A DNA stretch of 64,000 nt. It comes from Candidatus Marinacidobacterium sp. GTDB taxonomy: Bacteria; Acidobacteriota; Vicinamibacteria; Marinacidobacterales; Marinacidobacteraceae. A model generated the notes under the pieces. The model worked only from the letters and a program-made list of their open reading frames with translations, searched no databases and was not told the DNA's origin. Made by a program: the position numbers and the translations under genes. The stretch is taken from the NCBI GenBank assembly GCA_965204755.1, contig OZ242011.1:1728001-1792000 (forward strand). The letters are read 5' to 3'. Of this stretch, positions 19,723-28,337 are shown piece after piece (within the stretch, counting starts at the first letter, position 1; every line of letters begins with the position of its first letter).

Positions 19723-22002
19723 ATGTTCCTCCGCCTTCGCCGAACCGCCCGGCCCGTTCTCCCGCCGCCTTCTTCGTCCCGCTCCCCGCTCTCCTCCGGG
19801 CGCCGGGCGGGCGCGCTCGCCGCCGCCGGCCTCCTCCTGCTCGCGGCGACCGCCGCCGGCCAGGCCCGGGCGACCGACGACCGGGAGAAGGAGAACGAAC
19901 CGAGCGAGAAGGAACTCATCGCGGCGCTCCCGGAAGCGCACCGGATCTGGCTGACCGAAGAAGTCACCTACCTGATCACCGACCGGGAGAAGCGGGTCTT
20001 CCTGAGTCTCGAGTCCGAACTCGCCCGGAAGTCCTTCGTGGACGCCTTCTGGCGGAAGCGCGACCTCAACCCCTCGACCCCGGAGAACGAATTCCGCGAG
20101 GAGCACTACGCGCGGCTGGAATATGTGAACAACTGGTTCGGCCGCGACACCTTCCGCCCGGGATGGCAGACCGACCGGGGCCGCTACTACATCCTGCTCG
20201 GCAAGCCGCGCACCATCCAGAACTACGAAGCGCGCGACGAGATCTACCCGGCCGAACTGTGGTTCTACAACAACTCCGAGTTGAAGAGGTTCGGCGTGCC
20301 GCCGTTCTTCTACCTCCTGTTCTGGCGGCGCCACGGCATCGGCGAACTCCAACTCTACGACCCGATCTCCGACGGGCCGCCGGCGCTCCTCACCGGCTAC
20401 CAGCCGGAGCGCCGGGACTTCCGCGACGAAGTCGAACGCGCCTACGAGATCCTCTACGAATTCGATCCCGAAATCGCGAATGCGGCGATGTCGTTCCGCA
20501 CCGACGAACAGGACATCACCCGTTTCCAGGCGGTGCCGTTCGGGACGCTCTCGCTGCTGCAGGACATCCACGAAGTCCCCTTCCGGGGTCTCGACGACAG
20601 TTACGCCGACCGGCTCGACTTCGAGCGCGGCGCCATCGAGGCGGACTACCTGTTCACCTATGTCCCCGGAAACGGGGCGATGGCGGTCCTCCCCGGCCCG
20701 GAAGGCGCGTCGTTCCTCCACTGGGTGATCCAGGTGGACGCCCAATACACCTCGTTCGTCCGCAACGCCGACCGGAACACCTACGACACCGAGTTCATCG
20801 GCACCGTCGAAGTCGTCCTGCGCGACGACCCGGAGCGAATCGTCACCGAGTTCCGCAAGGAGTCCTTCGTTTCGCTCACCGAAGAGCAGTCGCGCGGCGC
20901 GCTCCGCACGCCGTTCTCCTGGGCCGGGATCACGCCCCTCGTTCCCGGCGAACACCGGGTGACCATCGTCCTCCGCAACCGCGCCTGCGGCTCCCGGGAC
21001 GAAGAAGACTGCGCCAAGAGTTACACCCTGCTCGAAGGGGAAGTGAGCGCGCCGCCCCCGGACGAAACCCCCCGCGTCGGCGACCTGGTGCTCGGACGGA
21101 GATTCGAAGCGCAGCGGCCGGTCTATCGGCCCTTCCGCCTGGCGTCGTCCGCCGTCGTCCCCAACCCGGTCGCCGTGTACACCATCGGCGACGACCTGCT
21201 GGCGGCGGTGGCGCCGAGCGCCGCGCCCGACGGCTCCACCGTCCGCTTCCGCGTCCTCAGTCGCGAACCGCTCACCGACGGCCAACTCGTCCACGAAGTC
21301 ACCCTGCCGGCGGAGCCGGACACGCTGACCGGCTTCACCGCGCTGGAGACCCCCTTGGTGGACCTCGGCGCCGGCCGCTACGAAGTCGTGGCTTCGCTCC
21401 TGGATTCGAGCGGCGGCGACCTCTCTTCGAGCCGCGCCGAGTTCTCCGTTTCACCGCGCGAAGCCCTCCCGGAAGCCGGATTCCACGGATTCATGTTGCC
21501 TTTCGGCCCGGAGAACCCGGGCCTCACCAGTCTGGCCCTCGGCGAACAACTCATGCGGCTCGAACGGGGAGACGAAGCCCGCCCGTTCGTGGAAGCGGCC
21601 CACGACCTCGCCCCCCGCCTGGGACGCGCCCGGGAACTCCTCGCCCGCCTGGAGATCGAAGCGGGTCGCATCGAGCAGGCCGTCGAACTGCTGGAACCGG
21701 TCTATGCCGAAGTCCGGGACCGCTACGACCTGCTCATCGTGCTCGGTGAGGCCTACTTCCACCTCTCCCGCTACGAGGACGCCGCGGACCTCCTCTCCCG
21801 CGCCGCCGCCCTCCGAAGCCCGGACACCCACATCCTGAACCTGCTGGGCCTGTCCCGCCTCCAGGTGTCCGACTTCCCCGGCGCCCGCGAAGCCTTCGAG
21901 CGGTCCCTGTCCCTGGACGAAGAACAACCGGAGGTCCGAGAAGCCCTCTCCCGCGTCGAAGAAGCCGCCCGCGCCTCCTCCCCGTCGTCCCCGCCGGGCT
22001 GA
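19723..22002 (+). CDS. GWxTD-domain protein with C-terminal TPRs
   Basis: FVDAFWRKRDLNPSTPENEFREEHYARL, PGWQTDRGRYYILLGKP; C-terminal TPRs; signal peptide; ATG 19723 (upstream part of the tracked ORF is antisense to the TPR gene). Confidence 0.88.
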   Translation: MFLRLRRTARPVLPPPSSSRSPLSSGRRAGALAAAGLLLLAATAAGQARATDDREKENEPSEKELIAALPEAHRIWLTEEVTYLITDREKRVFLSLESELARKSFVDAFWRKRDLNPSTPENEFREEHYARLEYVNNWFGRDTFRPGWQTDRGRYYILLGKPRTIQNYEARDEIYPAELWFYNNSELKRFGVPPFFYLLFWRRHGIGELQLYDPISDGPPALLTGYQPERRDFRDEVERAYEILYEFDPEIANAAMSFRTDEQDITRFQAVPFGTLSLLQDIHEVPFRGLDDSYADRLDFERGAIEADYLFTYVPGNGAMAVLPGPEGASFLHWVIQVDAQYTSFVRNADRNTYDTEFIGTVEVVLRDDPERIVTEFRKESFVSLTEEQSRGALRTPFSWAGITPLVPGEHRVTIVLRNRACGSRDEEDCAKSYTLLEGEVSAPPPDETPRVGDLVLGRRFEAQRPVYRPFRLASSAVVPNPVAVYTIGDDLLAAVAPSAAPDGSTVRFRVLSREPLTDGQLVHEVTLPAEPDTLTGFTALETPLVDLGAGRYEVVASLLDSSGGDLSSSRAEFSVSPREALPEAGFHGFMLPFGPENPGLTSLALGEQLMRLERGDEARPFVEAAHDLAPRLGRARELLARLEIEAGRIEQAVELLEPVYAEVRDRYDLLIVLGEAYFHLSRYEDAADLLSRAAALRSPDTHILNLLGLSRLQVSDFPGAREAFERSLSLDEEQPEVREALSRVEEAARASSPSSPPG

Positions 22003-22135
22003 GGGCCTCTCCGGCCACCCGCTCAGCCTCGCGCCCGAGCCTCCGTTGCCGCCTCGCCAACCGGCCGGCGACCCTACGGGTCGGGCGGGCCGAGTGATCG
22101 CCGGTCCGTAACTCCCCGCGGCGCACGCGCATTCG

Positions 22136-23665
22136 ATGACGAAACGCCGACCCGTCCCGGCCTTGGTCACCCGCCAGTGGATGCCCGGCTGGAACGAGAT
22201 GGCGTGGAAGCCCGGCGAACATCGCGCCGAACCTCCGCGCCACTTCTACCAGTTCAGCCTTTCCGCGCCGGAACTCCGGGCGCTCAGCGGCGTCCATCGG
22301 CGCACGCAGGAACGCAAGAGCGCCGCCGCCGATCTCGGCATCCAGCGCCGCCACCAGAAGGGGCGGTCCGACGAGATCGCGCGATTCGTCCGCTCGGGTT
22401 ACCCGTGGTCCATACTGAACGCGCGGAAGAGGGAGTCGTCCGCCTTTCGGGATCTGCGCCAGCCCGGATGGCTGCCGACGGCCATCGTAGTGAACATCCG
22501 GACCCGCGAGCAGGATCTGAATGGCGTCGGCGTTGCTCCCGGTGACCTTCTCGAAGTTCGAGACGACCCGAACGATCCTCGGCGCGCCGAAGTACTGCTT
22601 CCGGCGGATTTCGACGGCAGCGGTTGGCGCCCGGCGTCTCTCGACCCTATCGAGGTGATCGACGGACAGCACCGGCTCTGGGCCTTCGAGGCGGAGGATT
22701 CCGCGAACGATTTCGAACTCCCTGTCGTGGCGTTCCACGGGCTGGACCTCAGTTGGAGGGCCTATCTGTTCTACACGATCAACATCAAGCCGAAGCGGAT
22801 CAATCCCAGCCTCGCCTTCGACCTCTACCCTTTGCTTCGCACCGAAACATGGTTGGAGCAAAGCGGGACTTATCCGACCTATCGAGAGCACCGCGCCCAG
22901 GAAATCACGGACATCCTGTGGGCCCATCCGACGAGCCCGTGGCATCATCGAATCAACATGCTCGCCGAACCGGGATACGGCGGTCGGCAGGTGACACAGG
23001 CGGCCTGGGTTCGCTCGCTCTCGGCTTCCTTCCTGAAGAACTGGGAGGGGCCGGGAGTGAAGATCGGCGGCCTCTTCGGAGCGCCGTGGGATGGGCCGGG
23101 GACCGCGCTTCCGTGGGCCAGACCACAACAGGCCGCCCTCATCATTCTCGCCGGTTGCGAGGTGCGCGATGCGATTCGTGTTTGCGGGGAACCGTGGGCG
23201 GATGCGCTCCGGGTTCGCGATGACGACGGCGGACCGAACGGTGACGCCGCGTTCGTAGGCAAGGACAACCTTCTGAACCAGGATCAGGGGATCCGCGTGT
23301 TGCTCCAAGCGGTGAACGACCTGCTCTTCGTTCGCGCTCACGATCTTGCGCTACCGGGTTTGTCCCTCGACGAAGACGAGAGCGACGAGGACGGCGTAAC
23401 CATCAAAATGTTCGTCGAATGGTTGCGAACGCAGACGAGCCTGCGCGGCTTTCTCAACGAGATCGCTCGGAGGCTCGCCACCTACGATTGGCGCTCGTCC
23501 AAGGCGCCGGGCCTGACTGACGAGCAGCGAGTGTTGAAGGCCGGTTTCCGGGGAAGCGGTGGATATCGGGACCTGCGTGAGCATGTGCTGCGCCATCTCG
23601 CATCCGACACCACCGAATCGGTGTCCGACTCCGCGCGCCGCGTGATCTCTTTCCTGGGCTACTGA
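22136..23665 (+). CDS. DGQHR-domain protein (DndB/ParB-Srx-like fold)
   Basis: LGIQRR, WLPTAIVVN, IEVIDGQHRLWAF, LPVVAF, LFYTINIKPKRINPSLAFDL match the QR / DGQHR / FxxIN..SL.D pattern of the family. Confidence 0.85.
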   Translation: MTKRRPVPALVTRQWMPGWNEMAWKPGEHRAEPPRHFYQFSLSAPELRALSGVHRRTQERKSAAADLGIQRRHQKGRSDEIARFVRSGYPWSILNARKRESSAFRDLRQPGWLPTAIVVNIRTREQDLNGVGVAPGDLLEVRDDPNDPRRAEVLLPADFDGSGWRPASLDPIEVIDGQHRLWAFEAEDSANDFELPVVAFHGLDLSWRAYLFYTINIKPKRINPSLAFDLYPLLRTETWLEQSGTYPTYREHRAQEITDILWAHPTSPWHHRINMLAEPGYGGRQVTQAAWVRSLSASFLKNWEGPGVKIGGLFGAPWDGPGTALPWARPQQAALIILAGCEVRDAIRVCGEPWADALRVRDDDGGPNGDAAFVGKDNLLNQDQGIRVLLQAVNDLLFVRAHDLALPGLSLDEDESDEDGVTIKMFVEWLRTQTSLRGFLNEIARRLATYDWRSSKAPGLTDEQRVLKAGFRGSGGYRDLREHVLRHLASDTTESVSDSARRVISFLGY

Positions 23666-23667
23666 TC

Positions 23668-25020
23668 ATGGCGTTGTCCGAGGACACGCAGGCGGCACTG
23701 TCGAACGCCAGTGACCTTGCGATTCTCGCGGCGATGGGCCGGCTTCATGAACAGTTCGCGAACGGTCGATGGCTCAGTACGGAGAATCGTTACCGAACGA
23801 ATGTCATAGACGAAATCGAGAAAAACGCGCCGAAGCGAAACGAACTTCGCGACGACCATCTCGTCGAGTACATCGCGGTATCCTCGGTGTTGCATTGCTT
23901 CGATGGGTGGAGTTTTTTCGGCCGAGCGCTCGAGGCGGAAATGACCGGCGCCCCTGATGTGTCCAAGCACCTCGGCTATTACGCGGAAATGCGCGCGGCG
24001 ATGTCAGTGCTCGCCTCACAAGGGGTCGGTGTCTTCAGGTGGACGCATGTCGTCGTGGATCGGGCCGGCGGCGTCCGATTCGTCCAGGACAGGGAGAACC
24101 GCGGTACCCACAGGTTCCTATGGCCGACTCTCGAACACTGGACGAACCGGAGGGGAGAATCCGTTCTGTTCAACATCGTGGAGCCGGACGGCGTACCGCT
24201 TTCCACTTGGTTCGCCGCGTTTCGTCCGTCCGGCGGAGGCTTGGGCGCCTTGGCTCGTGGACTCATGAAGCGATGGGGGCTCGATCTTGCGCGTTTGGCT
24301 GCGGATCGAGAGGCGCGCAATGACGCCAGTTACCGGCCGAACACGCTGGCGGCGTCGGACCCGCGAGGGATCGCGGAGGTGCTGCGATCGATCACGGAGA
24401 TCTGGAGACTCTGCGAACCGCATTCCGTCGGGGATTTCCGCCTGTTCGACAACCACCTGCTCGGGCAAGGTCTGGAGTGGCTTTCCCGGAGTGGCGACGA
24501 CGAAGAACTGGATCCGCAGGAGAGACCGGAAGATTTCGTCGGGCGAGTCGGTTCGATGTTGAACGGTTTGGACTTGCCCTCGGAATCGCGAGCAACGATG
24601 CGCCGGTTCCTGCTGGCGAAGGGAGGGACCGCGACGCTGTTGACGGACGCTCAGGGAAATGTGGGCCGGGCGGCCGCTGACCACTCGAAGCAGGTGCTGG
24701 CGCGGGCGGCGGTCTTGTTGCGCCTGGCGAGCGGTTGCGCCCGGAGAGTCGTGGAGGAGGCGGACGCAGATCCTCGGGACTTGTTCGGGTTCTGGTGGCG
24801 GAGCCGCGCCGTCAACCGACGACTGTGGCCGACGGACTCTACGCCGCCACCCTCCGCTGAACTCTGGACCGACGCCGAGGTGGCGGTCCAAAACCTGGAG
24901 GCGTGGCTGGACGATGACGCGCCGGACAAGACCAGACTCGAGTTCTGGAAGCGCTGGGCCGCGGAAGCGGCGGTGCTCTCCACGACGGAGCGCATCTGCC
25001 TGTGGGGGTTGGGCCTGTGA
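23668..25020 (+). CDS. Hypothetical protein with HEPN-like motifs
   Basis: KHLGYYAEMRAAMSVLASQG..GTH resembles HEPN YYA/AxL-G-H helices; REARNDASY resembles the Rx4[HY] (RNxADY) motif; 2 nt after the DGQHR stop. Confidence 0.6.
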   Translation: MALSEDTQAALSNASDLAILAAMGRLHEQFANGRWLSTENRYRTNVIDEIEKNAPKRNELRDDHLVEYIAVSSVLHCFDGWSFFGRALEAEMTGAPDVSKHLGYYAEMRAAMSVLASQGVGVFRWTHVVVDRAGGVRFVQDRENRGTHRFLWPTLEHWTNRRGESVLFNIVEPDGVPLSTWFAAFRPSGGGLGALARGLMKRWGLDLARLAADREARNDASYRPNTLAASDPRGIAEVLRSITEIWRLCEPHSVGDFRLFDNHLLGQGLEWLSRSGDDEELDPQERPEDFVGRVGSMLNGLDLPSESRATMRRFLLAKGGTATLLTDAQGNVGRAAADHSKQVLARAAVLLRLASGCARRVVEEADADPRDLFGFWWRSRAVNRRLWPTDSTPPPSAELWTDAEVAVQNLEAWLDDDAPDKTRLEFWKRWAAEAAVLSTTERICLWGLGL

Positions 25021-26156
25021 AGTACATGGGCTCCAAGCGGGTCATGCTGCAAAACGGGCTGGGGGACATCCTGGCGAGCGAAGGGCAGACGGCCTCCCGC
25101 GTCGTGGACTTGTTCTGCGGCAGCGGTTCGGTGTCCTGGTTTGCGGCGACGAAACTGCGCGTCCCGGTCCTGGCGTGCGATCTGCAGCGGTTCGCCACGA
25201 CTCTCGCCGGGGCGGTGATCGAGCGGACCGGCGTCATCGAGATGAAGGACATCGAGACGCGCTGGTTGGCCCGGGCGGGGCGGGTGAGGTCCCGATTGGC
25301 CGGGTGGGCCGAGGCCAAGGATCTCGACGAGTCGAATCTCCGGACCGAGGCGCTGCAGCGCCGCGCCCGGAAACTGTGTTCTCTCCCGCTCGCCGGGGCG
25401 CGGCACTTGATCTGGCAGCACTACGGAGGTCACTACTTCAGCCCCAGGCAGGCGCTCACCTTCGACGCCATGCGTCGCGCGCTCCCGGAGGATCGCGAGT
25501 TTCGAACCTCATGCCTCGCGGCCATGGTGATCGCGGCGAGCCAGTGCGCCGCTTCTCCGGGCCATACCGCGCAGCCGTTCAAGGCGTCGGGCGGCGCTGC
25601 GAAGTACCTCCGCGAGGCGTGGGCCCGCGACCCGATGCTCCTCGTCCGTCGAGCGGCGCACAGGCTTTGTGCGCTTCATGCAGCGCGACCGGGAGTTGCG
25701 AAGGAAGCGGACGCAAACGAGGTCGCCTCGACGCTGCGTAAAACGGACTTGGTGTTCGTGGATCCCCCGTACTCGGGCGTCCAGTACAGCCGCTTCTACC
25801 ATGTGTTGGAAACGGTCGCTCGCGGTGCCTGCGGTCCCGTCGACGGAGTCGGCCGATACCCGCCGCCTCCCGAGCGCCCGAACTCGCGTTACAGCCGGGT
25901 GGGGAGGTCGAGGCAGGCCATGCGGGAGTTGCTGGAGACGCTGGCGGGTCGAGGGTGCACCGTCGTCGTGACCTTTCCGGAGGAGGAATGCAGTAACGGT
26001 CTGTCGGGAGAAGAGATCGAGAACATCGCGGGACGGGTGTTTCGCGTGGAGGCCAAGACGGTCACCTCACGCTTCAGCACGCTCGGCGGCAATCGAACGA
26101 ATCGCAGCGCGCGCAAGATCACCAGGGAACTCATCCTGGTCTTGAAGCGGCGCTGA
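25017..26156 (+). CDS. N6-adenine DNA methyltransferase (D12/Dam/FokI-like, alpha motif order)
   Basis: KYMGSK, motif I DLFCGSGSV, motif IV LVFVDPPY followed by YSRFYHVLETV; GTGA overlap with the upstream stop. Confidence 0.88.
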   Translation: MKYMGSKRVMLQNGLGDILASEGQTASRVVDLFCGSGSVSWFAATKLRVPVLACDLQRFATTLAGAVIERTGVIEMKDIETRWLARAGRVRSRLAGWAEAKDLDESNLRTEALQRRARKLCSLPLAGARHLIWQHYGGHYFSPRQALTFDAMRRALPEDREFRTSCLAAMVIAASQCAASPGHTAQPFKASGGAAKYLREAWARDPMLLVRRAAHRLCALHAARPGVAKEADANEVASTLRKTDLVFVDPPYSGVQYSRFYHVLETVARGACGPVDGVGRYPPPPERPNSRYSRVGRSRQAMRELLETLAGRGCTVVVTFPEEECSNGLSGEEIENIAGRVFRVEAKTVTSRFSTLGGNRTNRSARKITRELILVLKRR

Positions 26157-26292
26157 GCGGGAGACTTCGAGGCCACCGCACGACACCGCCGCGGCGCCCC
26201 TCCGACCGGTGGGGCCAGGGCGAGGAGTGGCCGCGCACCGGAGCGGCCGATTTCGGCCCATCGCGGAAATCGGGATCGGTGCGCGCCGGTCG

Positions 26293-27552
26293 CTACGGCC
26301 CGAGGGTCGAGGCCGGGACGATGTTCACCCCGTCTTCCCGGCGGTAGGCCGCGCCGCCCGGGATCACGACGACCAGCGTCCCGCTTTCGTCGTACTCGTC
26401 GCGGTTGCCGCGCATCCGGGCGCGCAGGCGCAGCAGGTTCGCCGCGCCTTCGTCGGTCCACCGTTCGCCCAGTTTCACTTCGAACGCCGCCCAGCGTCCG
26501 TCGCCGGCGTCCACGACCGCGTCCGCTTCGAGTCCGTCCTTCTCTCGATAATGGAACACCTCGGCGCCCGCGGCTTGCGCGTGGATGCGCAGGTCGCGGA
26601 CGACCAGCGACTCGAACAGGAAGCCGAGGAACCGCAGGTCCGCGAGCAGCCGCTCCGGAGTCACGCGGAGCGCCGCGGCGGCGAGTGACGGATCGACGAA
26701 GTGGCGCACCGGGGTCTTTCGGAGCGTGGTCCGCGAACGCAGGTGCGGCGCCCACGCCGGCTGGTCTTCCACCACCATCAGCCGTTCGAGCGCGTCCAGG
26801 TAGCCCTGCGCGGTACCGGCGTCGATCGCCGCCCCGGTCGTGCCGGTTTCCGCGGCCAAGCGGGAGACGGCGGCCGGCGTCGCCACATTCCGGGCCAACG
26901 ACCGGAGCAGGCGTCCGACCCTCACCGGATCGCGGGCCGCGCCATCGACGCGGGACACATCGGCGCGGCGTGTCTCCTCCAAGTAGTCCCGGTTCGCCCC
27001 CCGGGCGTCCTCTGCGGAAAGCCCGAGATTCCCCGGCCACCCGCCGACGCACACGATCTCCGCAAGGGTCGAAACACTCAGCGCGGCCGGCTTCGCCCGG
27101 GCAGGCTTCCCGGAGAGCAGCCCGGCGAGGGAAACCTCGCCGCTCGAAAGCCCCGCCTCGAACAGCGACAGCGGACGCATCCGCAACCGCGAGAACCGCC
27201 CGGCCCCGGTGTGCCGCGTGATGTCGTCCGCCGGGACCGCTGACCCGGTGAGGATGAACTGGCCGCGTTTCCGGCGGTCGTCCACGGCGCGCCGGACCTG
27301 GTTCCAGACCGCCGGCGCCAACTGCCACTCGTCGAACAACCGGGGAACCGCCCCGGCGAGCGCCGCCTCCGGGTCGGCGTCCACCAGCCGCCGGGCGTTC
27401 TCGTCCGTGTCCAGCAGCGCTTCGCTCCGGGCGATCCGGCGCGCGGTGCTCGTCTTGCCGCATGCCCTCGGGCCTTCCACGACCACCGCCCCGGCGTAGG
27501 AGAGACGTCTCGCCAGTTCTCCGTCGGCGATGCGCGGGAGGTAAGTCGTCAT
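26293..27552 (-). CDS. AAA_14 ATPase plus DUF4143 (PD-(D/E)xK-like) protein
   Basis: YLPRIAD, Walker A GPRACGKTS, FDEWQ, FILTGSA, HTGAGR, MRPLSLFE, FVDPSL, GFLFESLV, EADAVV..FEVKLG; ATG 27552. Confidence 0.88.
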   Translation of the reverse strand: MTTYLPRIADGELARRLSYAGAVVVEGPRACGKTSTARRIARSEALLDTDENARRLVDADPEAALAGAVPRLFDEWQLAPAVWNQVRRAVDDRRKRGQFILTGSAVPADDITRHTGAGRFSRLRMRPLSLFEAGLSSGEVSLAGLLSGKPARAKPAALSVSTLAEIVCVGGWPGNLGLSAEDARGANRDYLEETRRADVSRVDGAARDPVRVGRLLRSLARNVATPAAVSRLAAETGTTGAAIDAGTAQGYLDALERLMVVEDQPAWAPHLRSRTTLRKTPVRHFVDPSLAAAALRVTPERLLADLRFLGFLFESLVVRDLRIHAQAAGAEVFHYREKDGLEADAVVDAGDGRWAAFEVKLGERWTDEGAANLLRLRARMRGNRDEYDESGTLVVVIPGGAAYRREDGVNIVPASTLGP

Positions 27553-27608
27553 GGTGGGCGCGCTCCCGACCGGCGGGGGCCTCTTCGCCGTCGGTGCGAA
27601 GTCTATTC

Positions 27609-27664
27609 GGTGATTCGGAGGCGTCTCATTCGGTGATTCGGCGACACCACAGCCGGTGATTCGG
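27609..27664. repeat. Three direct repeats GGTGATTCGG at exact 23-bp period
   Basis: Copies start at 27609, 27632 and 27655, about 57-112 bp upstream of the AAA/DUF4143 ATG. Confidence 0.85.
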
Positions 27665-28337
27665 AGGCCACGGCTCGCCACGCACAGGGGCAGCCGCTGC
27701 CTCCCGCATGAGTCCCCAAGATCATGATCGGGAAGCCGTCCTGCGTGTGTGCGATGGCGTTCGGATCGCCTTGATCAGGAGCGAAGTCCGGTAAGGCGAG
27801 GACGAGTAGAACGGTCAACCTGAGCGCCGGAGTCCCGGTCGGCTCCGACCCTGAGGGCGAGCGGACGCTCGCGGAAGCGAGCGCCGACACGACCTGCGCC
27901 GGTCACGCGATCCTCACCCCCCGCCGCTCCGGCGAAACTCCGCTCGCCGAGACGCCGGGACTCACCCTGTGGAGGCCGACCCCGCCGTCCCTCGCCGCGA
28001 AGTCGTCCGCCGTGGCCCGGCGCTCGATGCTCCCCATTGGGCTCGCCCCCTCCCGCCCCTCCCGCAGGAGAAGAACTTTTCCGGCGTCAGCCTCGCCGTA
28101 GTCTCCGCCACCAACAAGCCGGGGATGACCACTCCTGGCGTCCGTACCGCGGAGAATTGTCGGAGCACCTGTACAATCGCAACTCGCGCAGACGAGCGAC
28201 CGACTCCGACCACGGCGGTTCTCCTGTCTCCATGCCCCCGCCCGACGCTCGCGCCGCACAGCTCCCAACTACGATCTTCGCTTCCTCTCACCCAGAGACT
28301 AGGCACCCAACGCCCTAACCGCGAGAGAGTTGCCGAG

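Noticed and set aside
22136-23665. Dnd/Ssp phosphorothioation system
   Set aside because: Only a DGQHR protein is present; no cysteine desulfurase, PAPS-reductase-like DndC, DndD ATPase or DndE in the window
27601-27670. CRISPR array
   Set aside because: Repeat of about 10-15 bp with a 23-bp period is far too short; no cas genes
27680-28330. Possible gene remnants (ankyrin-like GDPNA..DG fragment; Uma2-like N-termini VAETTARLTPEKFF and RRATADDF)
   Set aside because: Similarities are too short to support a pseudogene call without a search
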